DNA from: a virus
DNA length: 64,000 bases
Direction: 5' to 3' (one strand)
IMG/VR virus record: IMGVR_UViG_3300008954_000007
The notes below the pieces were generated by a model. It was not told the origin of the DNA and searched no databases. It saw only the letters and a program-made list of their open reading frames with translations. This document shows positions 57,401-64,000 of this stretch, piece after piece; position 1 is the stretch's first letter, and each line of letters begins with the position of its first letter. A program made the position numbers and the translations under genes.

Positions 57401-60400
57401 ATGGTAATCCTATAATACCTTCACAATATATAGGTGGACATCCAACAAGGTTTGCTTTTGTTAAAAAGCGTAATACCATCAGTGATTTTTATCTGTTAGC
57501 TGATCTACCACAAGATGACAAAGATTTTTTTGAAGAAACAGACGATAATGAAATTATTAATTATCAAATTAAAGAAGATAATTTTGCTAAAGAGTATTTA
57601 GCAACATTATATGCCAATCTTGCACCTTTCAACCTTACTTTAAAGTCATTTAACCATATAACATCTATAGAACCAGATCTTTATAGTCAGATTGAGTATG
57701 CATGGGAGAGTGATGCTGATCTTGAACAACAAGATGGTTCAGACATTAATACTGAAACAGAGATAAATTCTATAGTATTGAAAGAAGGAAAGATTACAGT
57801 TAGTCATGAGTTGAACTCTCAAGGATCTTTAACTGTAGATGGAAGTGCAAAACTTAAAAACGACCTAGTTATTGAAAATACAAGTCTTTTTGAGGCATAC
57901 ACAACTTACATGGGGGATGGTGGTTCAGATGCCTTGGCGTATTTTAATCTTGATGAAGTTCCAACAGAAACTATTGAGGTTTTTAAAGTTGATAATATTG
58001 GAAATACAGATATATTTGGCACAGCATCTATAAGAAGAACCCTATCAGTAGATAAAAAGACAACTCTATCTGATGAGTTGGAAGTAACTGGTGTAACAAC
58101 ACTTAATGATAACCTGAATATTGGAGACGTAGGGGATGATGATTTACCACAATTTTCAGTTATTGAGAGTTCAGGAAACACTAATATAAAGGGAACTCTA
58201 GGTGTAAAAGGGATAACCACTTTAGATAGCTCTTTACAGAGTAGAAATATATATGCTGGTGGTTCTATTTATGTTCAAATCCCCCCCAATACTGATTCAG
58301 GAAATACAGCACCTATAAACACATTTGAGATAGATAGAGACACTGGTAATACGACTATAAAAGGAACATTAGATGTTAAAGAGGAAGATAAACTAACAAC
58401 CCTATCTAAACTAAAGGTATTGGATTCCATTGATATTTCAGGATTTGTTACGTTTGGTGGATATGGTGATAAATCTGGTTGGCTTATAACTGGTAATGAT
58501 GACACTAATGGTGATGATTTAGATAATGAAGAAACAACAGAAAATATCACAACATATATAAAAGCATCTGTAGATGCTTCAGTTAATGATGGTTTACCTC
58601 ATAGCGTTATATTAATAAGTGATGGAGAAGATAGTCTAACAACTTTAAGTACAGTATCTTCAACAATAAATGGAACTTTAGCAGTTACTGGTACTTTAGA
58701 TGTAGATGAATTAACTACTTTGGGTGGAACATTAGGTGTAACAGGAAATACTCAACTTAACAATGGTTTAACAGTAACAGATGATTTAACCACCTTGGGT
58801 GGAACATTAGGTGTAACAGGAAATACTCAACTAGATGGTGGATTAACAGTATCTAATGAATTAACCACTTTGGGTGGCACACTAGATGTGACAGGTGCTA
58901 CTCAATTAAATAATGGTCTAACAGTAACAGATGATTTAACCACTTTGGGTGGTACACTGAGCGTAGCAGGTGCTACTCAACTTAATAATGGTTTAGAAGT
59001 TAGTAATGCCCTAACAACATTAAATCAGGGATTATCTGTTACAGGGGATGTCACTACACTAACTGGATCATTAACAGTAACAGGTGCTACCACATTTAAT
59101 GATGGTAGTGCAACAGCCATAGATAACACTTTAACTGTTACTGGAGCTACTGTCTTAAATTCAACACTATCAGTTCTTAATAACTTAACAACTCTCCATT
59201 CTTTGGTAGTTAATGGGGGAATTACATTTAATGACATTACTGTTTTTGATGGATATGGTGATGAATCTGGTTGGATTATAACTGGTAATGATGACACTGA
59301 TGGTGGAGAATATAATTCTGATGATAGTGATATAAATTCTACTACATATATAAAAGCATCTGTAGATGCTTCAGTTAATGATGGTTTACCTAATAGTGTT
59401 ATATTAATAAGTGATGGAGATGGAACAGAAGAAAATACTGTTATAACAACATTAAGTGCAGTAGATTCAACAATATCTGGAACTATAACCACAACTGGAA
59501 CCACTACATCAGGGGGGAAACTAACAGTAAGCTCTGATGGTCTTGAAGTTACTGGAGCAACAACTTTAAACAATAAGCTAACAGTAAGCTCTGGTGGTCT
59601 TGAAGTTACTGGAGCAACAACTTTAAACAATAAGCTAACAGTAAGCTCTGGTGGTCTTGAAGTTACTGGAGCTACTCTTCTCCAAGACACCAGAATGACC
59701 AGTTGGGAAATTTGGAAAAATGATGATGAAGACGAAAATACGTTATCTAGAAATTCAAATGATGGAGTTTTAACTTTAGGTAAGGGGTTGATTAAAGGGA
59801 GTCAAATTGGTGAAATTCCTTCAGACATAGTTACTGGAAACTCTACAGATATTCTTGGTGCAGGAGAAGTTACTTATGAAGCTTGGCTGCAAGGAGTAGA
59901 TGATTTCAGCTATCTAGTAGGTCATTCTTTACCAGCAATTGGTCTTAGTGCAGAAACCCTAGAAGTCTTAGTGGGAGAAGATAAACCATATTCAAATAAT
60001 AAGTTGTTGTCTCAGGATATCTTCACCAGTGGAATTAATAAAGCAGTAGAATTAGGATTTAGTGAAGCAGAGAGGGCTTTTGTTACTGGTTATTTAACTT
60101 TTTATGAAGATAATTCAGGTCAGAGTAGAAATACTTCAGGTGGTTTTGATGAGCCTGAAAACACTCACTCTAACTCAATTCCTGCTGATGGGATCTATTC
60201 TCCTATAGCATCTAGAGCTTGGGTTAATAATCGAAATATTAAGCTAGGTGTTAAGCAAACAAATGAAAGCATACCTTATTTTGACTTATCTTTCAGAGAA
60301 ATGGATAGTTCTCAAACTTTTAATGACAATAGTAATTCTATATTGTTGTTTGATTCTAGTGATAATAGTATCAATTTAACGTATTCAAATGATTCATCAA

Positions 60401-63400
60401 ATAATCATATAATTAACATAACTGCAGATATACCAGAACAAGCAAAACCCCTGGAAATGTTCTTTTATCCTACATTTGATTTTAAAGAACTATTGCCTTT
60501 AATTAAGGAAAAAGGCACAGGGGGAGATCCTCAATTTATATTTGACTATAACCAATTTCAAATACCAGGAAAATGGCAAGATTTTATTGAAACAAAAGAG
60601 GTTCAAGTTGAGGTTACAAAAAAAAGAGAAATAAGTAAGGTTAACTTCACCACTATAACTGTAAATGCAATTGAATTGTGGAATACAACTTGGAAAGATT
60701 ATTTTGAAGGAGCAAATTCTGCAGCAGAGGCTGCAGATCAAGAACCACCATATGATATGGATTTGATAAGCGAACATGTTGCTGATACTGATTTAGAACA
60801 TATACATATACCAGATGCAATGGATGCTCAAATTGGGGGGTTTGACCCACAAACCTCTCAGCAGATTATGCCTGAGTTAGATGAACCTATTCATTTAAGA
60901 ATTCCAGAGGATGTGAGTACAGAAGAGGAAGAATATACAGTATGGGAACCAACAACTGAAGAAGATGTGGTTCAATCTCTTGTAATACAACCATCTTATG
61001 CCACTACTGCAGAACTTGTTGCTACAGTAGCAGGACAACAACAGGAGTTTAAGCATGGATGGATAATGCAACAACCAAATGGAACTCAGGTAGTTGAATA
61101 TAATAATCCAATAGAATATGATAACTTAACAGTAGTATATGTAGATCAGTATGGAGAAAGAATAACGCAACCAAATGATGTTAATACACAATCTGTGAAG
61201 GGTTTTCAAAGGTTATTTGAGTTTTTCTCACATAAGTTTGGAGATATTGAATCTTCATTCAGGTCTAAAAACTTCTGGACAGGTAAAGATCCCTATATAC
61301 CTAGAAAATATCAATATTATTTAGCCAATGATATTGACGAAGCTTCTACAACTAGAAGTCACTTTAGTGGTCAATTAGTAGAATTAGGCTTTCCAGATAT
61401 TATGAATAAGGAAAGCTTTCAACATCTTGACAGTAAGCATAATTTAACTATTCAAAAAACAACAACAGATGACCATGCACAATATTTTGGTGATTTATTT
61501 GATAATTATGAAAGCTATACAAATATAGTTGGTGATTTAAGTGAGGGAGTGGATGGTGTTATCTTTTCAGAAGAAGTGTCTACGAAAAATGTTTTTTATG
61601 CTGTAACAGATAGCCATGTAGAGGAAGTTTTTAATGTCAGCAACAACTTCCAGGTTGATAGTGTAAGTGGTGCAGATAATGCTGCTTCTGTAGTAGGTAT
61701 TACAGAAAATGATACAGAGATAGGTTTTTATTATCCTGTTGTAAAATATGCCACTCATTGGGAAAGCAATACAAGAATCCCCATAAATACAGCAATGTAC
61801 ATTGCCTCTGATGGTGGTGATCTTGTAGTAACTAATGATGGTCAAGAACTTAATTACTTAAATAGCATAGAGCAATTAGGTTTATATTTTGTAAATTTAA
61901 TAAAAAAAGATCTAGAAGGTATTTTTAACACATGGGATGGGGGTAATAAGCCTTGGCTATATAAAGACAACAGGGGAGATTGGATAGGGTTTGATCATTA
62001 TTATCAACCTAGTGGAACAGATAATTTAGTTTATTATGCACAAAGCAAATTATCTAAAGGTTATGATGGGAAAGCTTCAGCACAACACACAGATCTTAGA
62101 GAAAGAAATTTAGTTGATTTTACTGAATGGGTTGAGCTTAGGTTTACTGAATTTGATGATTATAACTATAATGCTCTAGAAGAAGTATTCCAACAGATCT
62201 ATGACACTATAGATGGTCTTGATAATGATTACCATCCACTAGAAGGTAATCCAAACCTTGATTTTACAGCTAAAACTCTTACGTCTGCTGGATCTATTGC
62301 AGGATTAGATATTTCTGCAAGTGGTGGTTATAATTCAAGTGATGATTCATGGTCAGGTGGGTTTAATGGAGATCTTGACGCTAGTTATGCAGATATTACA
62401 ACTGCTGTAATAACTAATCTTACTTTAAAAAATCCAGGTTCAACAATTACCAATTTACTTTTAACTGCTGAACAAAATGAAGCTTTAGCTGCAGAAGTAT
62501 CAGCAGAACAAATTAGGAATGCTTTTGATCTAGTAGATGACCTTGGTGTTTCTTTATTAGATAAGTTTGCAGAAGAGTTTGACACTAATGACAGTTTAAC
62601 ATTCTATGAGGACTTAGCTAAAACATTTGATTCTAATGATCAATATTTTGAAGAAGCTGGAACCATAGAATTTTATGAAAGACTAGCAAAATCATTTGAT
62701 ATATTTGATAGACACAATGACACTGCAGGTGTGACAGTTTTTGATTTTTATGAAGAATTAGCTAAAGAATTAGATACTGTAACTAATTTTTATCTACAAT
62801 TGTCAGCACAACTTACTTCAGGACAGGTATCAAATGTAGGTAGCTTTATAAATAGATATGATAATTTAGCTTCAGGATTTCAAACTATAAGTTCTGATAA
62901 TGATCAAGACCACAACCATATAGAGAGATTACAGCAAGTTGGAGCTAGATTTGTTGAATATGGAAATTTAGCAGATGGTTTTGAAAATGAATCTATAATA
63001 GTTTCAGTAAGTAGTCAAAATATAGATGGGGCATGGAGATTAGAACAAGTTGGAGCTAATTTAGATGGATATGGTCATATAAAAGATGGATTTTCTCAAA
63101 ATGGAGATAGGCTTAAAGAGATAGGGTATTTACTTACAGGTTCTAATGATTATAGTCAAATAAAAGCAGGGTTTATTGAAGGTAATCCTGGTATGGTTAA
63201 CCTTCAAGAAATAGGGGAGAGGCTTACAATTGCCTCAGACTATAATCAAATAAAAGTGGGGTTTGCAAATAGTGATGATAGACTTAAAGAAGTTGGAGCT
63301 AGGCTAGTTGAATATGAGACATTAGCAGATGGTTTTCAAACAGAAGATATAGACGCTGCAGTACCTGGTGTATTAGAAGATCAAAATGGTGTATATAGGT

Positions 63401-64000
63401 TAAAACAAATAGGGGCTTGGTTAACTGATTATGAACAGATAGCAAATGGATTTTCTGTTTATGATGATGGTGCTAATTTAGCAACTATTGGTGGTTTATT
63501 AAATAGTGATTCTGAATATGAAGCAATAAAGAATGGATTTGTAGTTGGTGGTCATCTTCCTGAGATTGGTGCTTTATTAGATAGTGAGTCTGAATATGAA
63601 GCAATAAAAGATGGCTTCAACACTGATGACAATTTAAATGAAATAGGGAAGCTTCTTGGCGTAGACTCTGATGGCAACACACTTACCTCAGATTATGATT
63701 ATATAAAATTTGGATTTGCCACTGCTGATAATCTTCAAACTATTGGTGGCATGTTAAATTCTGCTATCAATTATCTTAACATAAAAAATGGTTTTGCTGA
63801 AAAGGAAGTTAATGATGTTACTGGAGAAACTAGACTTCAAACTATTGGTGGTTTACTAAACAGTAATGATGAACATGAAACCATAAAAAATGGATATGTA
63901 GATGCTGGATTTCTCACTAATGTTGGTGCTTTATTAGATCATGAGGATGAACATGAGTTAATAAAATCAGGATATGCTACAGATGCTAATCTTGAAATTG
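51427..64000 (+). CDS. Fourth giant fibre-like protein, 3'-truncated (>=4191 aa), absent from the ORF track
   Basis: ATG AAT AAC AAT AGA... in frame 1 reads open wherever checked, through ...GYATDANLEI at the window end. Contains SSIIETSILSIEDPLIHLARGN..DLGIYG, LTVTGATTL beta repeats and C-terminal helical repeats. Confidence 0.88.
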   Translation, partial: MNNNRNKNTSTRNHQESHVPSSSSNHQKIAQSDYNHLPIVSPQNRYGLMDWDLLKSDPLLYGKGVLYGRMIIAGSYLGNRKYTATIEQIHDRVVQTITPISAEEFVDEDGNPKLTPLTEEQYESAVEEGLAPQGWEANQQFVDSTQCIIRFDDFKISYNDRRSKKNKPEVDYYYIVWDADESVEWSMVHQIGAALFSNISADFEAWLASDPIIFRDIDSEEFTADTTSLWSTSMTYEEWLDKFLARNEAKPSDQFLAWVQNGFNVTVANSILNGEGLASLGDIDNLFGEGVSKKYRIENYRDYGDKNRRDAIQNKEGNSSINDRYGQYYVLKNIDVTDIVEGKETTIVSDVTKIEIEEDGQTIKPFFNQQFDESSGKHYFSYLNDNNFQLKSTDFGPHTYNVEYYGDYIAYNTQENLDAYNAWIIENSEEHNSDPTKVFEALGFTNSDDSFRTEPPIVASGFFEDDYAHFVDNYEIQQAYMNSFGKSWFDLLSSDKDLASSVERVERYSDYLAKRGLDDTELNKLGYQADYFEAYEKSTGQRAFNLDKNLPDDQQPDEETDRVYANLIHGTFPLELSNNKTFTGTVSIIAPDIFYDYRNRYLEFLDVDNFGFQSIVDNKELQYKYKDEFYSNLSSRRLEIIDKSDEFSPTTYGDWGERSQLYPGYLKLQRNRGHYRVYSDVFKNYVNSFVDSGRFPSFEDVIGQLVDETNLITNADYAIWDFERQSKRNELYSEASDPSNTYHSEYSDYQNDLDDWNNNGQVGDEPIDPFIGLANSFLESSGVVSIHGSRLQGIPSEDIRFGDGNIYSEPDQEIPEYSTNPIWTQWDGYSAEKKQETTLEWDQWVVDHEAWVELGSTQEPEPEEPSGKYKYPEPYKTVVNKMRVENTLQFREKIADSLEKVFERDIDYTVDPLSSETVSVDLGFLVDKGIVPSEEEYLEKYKTNYKLTATKSFYYIGGNGEKIYYQEEDRDNTDLIKPKEELIKHNSKRRSYFKQNGSPVTKKDFTNIGSSLEEISFDFHITSDFKRWYKFNQFKGFTAYEMLYNCLNPLYSTADGQSYRTEKLLHLDWNGAYGTLENKVTKISWEKDLANNQTSLNWNNLNLSGYSLFDPTDVYSGKLIEMLIYQALVNKKPFVYEYYIEVDNWYLLPDLTDESKKAYDEEYSYKGTPYELIPDQEDESDVFFSELSSDKIYFSVKMKDEDGYYSSLSSNFTSLDRGRLTLHQGLIGANNAGILEVDDFKPLFTAVVSGSSFNIKEYTPLAKYRNISGVLIDEEVSIFHPEVKADQQYQTYQKGTQSFLDLTSKHISIKSDDWQVDVSEKEVENGESTYLQNKEEKGFFASQDGINIHKTFSIIEPEYYVYNDQGILEEEVPETSTEKEFSINLSHSTLTIDNPYQSKNSPNTILDSDKLELRSDAGGITLSLNSNVDNGSSLSDRPSIIIEDDSYNYFILTNDGVVNVSGDYKDFSSHKFGKTLEIYAPTVSMDTGWLSINSDGRYDYTSVITHSYLGHDQILINEFNYSNLLTPSSIVLTNKHSILDDNVRLDPSTGNELFNIREEEDDSTKTYSLAIPFGSFGQMYYIENIDVDTRYGDFQTHLALKNYNPALFGSPVVDIDDPYSFATPPNQEQSANISTWFSLKNWIISRPYLSQYSLTKEDLLKFKRFTNDDNFDFPNGEEENYLHFITPHYVDFIETPDFHSYASELTLKPNYLSISHVNEGAMFRHGLMALSENDRLELYPKAFAQVTKDNITIKNKDEEKLILEANLVAGENSSGKFVLNTNNGLVLFDNLTDDNDEVSDFEDLISKSKSTLTTSGVSFIDNLSSDPKFEELAEPGDEWGYEVSLGRLSGLRLTSNILLESESEDPNSEDSKIVGSYTTSIKPKEATFGGNVEVKNDLLIQGDFLVTGESSIIETSILSIEDPLIHLARGNEGLNIMDLGIYGDYFDASDQIVNPEYENYQNNLGNTNWLLNWQTENEYITQTQNEVATDEDGNPIIPSQYIGGHPTRFAFVKKRNTISDFYLLADLPQDDKDFFEETDDNEIINYQIKEDNFAKEYLATLYANLAPFNLTLKSFNHITSIEPDLYSQIEYAWESDADLEQQDGSDINTETEINSIVLKEGKITVSHELNSQGSLTVDGSAKLKNDLVIENTSLFEAYTTYMGDGGSDALAYFNLDEVPTETIEVFKVDNIGNTDIFGTASIRRTLSVDKKTTLSDELEVTGVTTLNDNLNIGDVGDDDLPQFSVIESSGNTNIKGTLGVKGITTLDSSLQSRNIYAGGSIYVQIPPNTDSGNTAPINTFEIDRDTGNTTIKGTLDVKEEDKLTTLSKLKVLDSIDISGFVTFGGYGDKSGWLITGNDDTNGDDLDNEETTENITTYIKASVDASVNDGLPHSVILISDGEDSLTTLSTVSSTINGTLAVTGTLDVDELTTLGGTLGVTGNTQLNNGLTVTDDLTTLGGTLGVTGNTQLDGGLTVSNELTTLGGTLDVTGATQLNNGLTVTDDLTTLGGTLSVAGATQLNNGLEVSNALTTLNQGLSVTGDVTTLTGSLTVTGATTFNDGSATAIDNTLTVTGATVLNSTLSVLNNLTTLHSLVVNGGITFNDITVFDGYGDESGWIITGNDDTDGGEYNSDDSDINSTTYIKASVDASVNDGLPNSVILISDGDGTEENTVITTLSAVDSTISGTITTTGTTTSGGKLTVSSDGLEVTGATTLNNKLTVSSGGLEVTGATTLNNKLTVSSGGLEVTGATLLQDTRMTSWEIWKNDDEDENTLSRNSNDGVLTLGKGLIKGSQIGEIPSDIVTGNSTDILGAGEVTYEAWLQGVDDFSYLVGHSLPAIGLSAETLEVLVGEDKPYSNNKLLSQDIFTSGINKAVELGFSEAERAFVTGYLTFYEDNSGQSRNTSGGFDEPENTHSNSIPADGIYSPIASRAWVNNRNIKLGVKQTNESIPYFDLSFREMDSSQTFNDNSNSILLFDSSDNSINLTYSNDSSNNHIINITADIPEQAKPLEMFFYPTFDFKELLPLIKEKGTGGDPQFIFDYNQFQIPGKWQDFIETKEVQVEVTKKREISKVNFTTITVNAIELWNTTWKDYFEGANSAAEAADQEPPYDMDLISEHVADTDLEHIHIPDAMDAQIGGFDPQTSQQIMPELDEPIHLRIPEDVSTEEEEYTVWEPTTEEDVVQSLVIQPSYATTAELVATVAGQQQEFKHGWIMQQPNGTQVVEYNNPIEYDNLTVVYVDQYGERITQPNDVNTQSVKGFQRLFEFFSHKFGDIESSFRSKNFWTGKDPYIPRKYQYYLANDIDEASTTRSHFSGQLVELGFPDIMNKESFQHLDSKHNLTIQKTTTDDHAQYFGDLFDNYESYTNIVGDLSEGVDGVIFSEEVSTKNVFYAVTDSHVEEVFNVSNNFQVDSVSGADNAASVVGITENDTEIGFYYPVVKYATHWESNTRIPINTAMYIASDGGDLVVTNDGQELNYLNSIEQLGLYFVNLIKKDLEGIFNTWDGGNKPWLYKDNRGDWIGFDHYYQPSGTDNLVYYAQSKLSKGYDGKASAQHTDLRERNLVDFTEWVELRFTEFDDYNYNALEEVFQQIYDTIDGLDNDYHPLEGNPNLDFTAKTLTSAGSIAGLDISASGGYNSSDDSWSGGFNGDLDASYADITTAVITNLTLKNPGSTITNLLLTAEQNEALAAEVSAEQIRNAFDLVDDLGVSLLDKFAEEFDTNDSLTFYEDLAKTFDSNDQYFEEAGTIEFYERLAKSFDIFDRHNDTAGVTVFDFYEELAKELDTVTNFYLQLSAQLTSGQVSNVGSFINRYDNLASGFQTISSDNDQDHNHIERLQQVGARFVEYGNLADGFENESIIVSVSSQNIDGAWRLEQVGANLDGYGHIKDGFSQNGDRLKEIGYLLTGSNDYSQIKAGFIEGNPGMVNLQEIGERLTIASDYNQIKVGFANSDDRLKEVGARLVEYETLADGFQTEDIDAAVPGVLEDQNGVYRLKQIGAWLTDYEQIANGFSVYDDGANLATIGGLLNSDSEYEAIKNGFVVGGHLPEIGALLDSESEYEAIKDGFNTDDNLNEIGKLLGVDSDGNTLTSDYDYIKFGFATADNLQTIGGMLNSAINYLNIKNGFAEKEVNDVTGETRLQTIGGLLNSNDEHETIKNGYVDAGFLTNVGALLDHEDEHELIKSGYATDANLEI
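58453..59420 (+). repeat. 176-bp direct duplication (58453-58628 and 59245-59420)
   Basis: Near-identical flanks (GYGDxSGWxITGNDDT and TYIKASVDASVNDGLP..VILISDG) around a divergent core of about 13 codons. Confidence 0.9.
58708..59010 (+). repeat. 75-bp tandem repeat x4 (ELTTLGGTLGVTGNTQLNNGLTVTD)
   Basis: The LTTLGG codons recur at 58711, 58786, 58861 and 58936. Confidence 0.9.
59521..59672 (+). repeat. 57-bp near-perfect tandem repeat x2.7 (LTVSSGGLEVTGATTLNNK)
   Basis: Units start at 59521, 59578 and 59635; one mismatch between units 1 and 2. Confidence 0.95.
62600..64000 (+). repeat. Alpha-helical tandem repeats: FYExLAKxFD x4, then about 13 units of (R/N)LxxIGxxL...YxxIKxGF
   Basis: Manual translation of frame 1, e.g. 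NLATIGGLLNSDSEYEAIKNGF and HLPEIGALLDSESEYEAIKDGF. Confidence 0.8.

Noticed and set aside
58453-59420. 176-bp duplicate as a DGR template/variable repeat pair
   Set aside because: Mismatches go in both directions and include non-adenine changes (e.g. AGC/AGT), both copies are in frame within one gene, and there is no reverse transcriptase in the window.
59521-59672. 57-bp and 75-bp arrays as CRISPR arrays
   Set aside because: There are no unique spacers; unit lengths are multiples of three and the arrays are coding tandem repeats.
12200-62585. Many short minus-strand ORFs in the track (e.g. 39807-40616, 59025-59690, 16247-16708)
   Set aside because: They are antisense shadows of the G/T/S-rich giant genes, with P/V-rich low-complexity translations and no recognisable motifs.
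1-64000. Stop-codon reassignment as in some large phages
   Set aside because: Genes pack tightly under code 11; TAG and TAA end genes cleanly, TGA ends the 9046-9480 gene, and ORFs are not fragmented.
11142-64000. Bacterial giant adhesins (RTX, autotransporter, S-layer) rather than phage proteins
   Set aside because: No signal peptides, RTX nonapeptides, beta-barrel or LPXTG termini were seen; the S74 and fibre-type repeats and the capsid context favour virion fibres.
1-64000. tRNA, rRNA, integrase or IS elements
   Set aside because: Intergenic gaps are all under about 125 bp and are occupied by promoters or terminators; no such motifs were recognised.

Overview
AT-rich segment of a large tailed dsDNA phage genome (Caudoviricetes, HK97-type head), standard genetic code. 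From left to right: (1) a 5'-truncated large protein with an HNH/AHH-like nuclease motif, followed by a SMI1/KNR4 (SUKH)-like immunity gene; (2) a sigma70-type promoter driving prohead protease-scaffold, major capsid, head-tail adaptor, head closure and tail-terminator-like genes; (3) an inverted replication cassette (DnaB-like helicase, small membrane protein, primase); (4) about 53 kb of giant acidic fibre-like proteins of 2246, 5742, 5286 and >4190 aa. The last of these is missing from the ORF track because it runs off the window. Highlights: the 5286-aa peptidase-S74 fibre carries nine different globular domains, each inserted at the same loop of a repeated shaft module, and an empty copy of that site is visible; CCG/CGG appears to be absent from all 64 kb; an 18-bp palindrome is shared between the capsid promoter and the divergent replication/fibre promoters; and there is a toxin-immunity pair beside the head genes. 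All family calls come from motif recognition by eye, and no searches were run.
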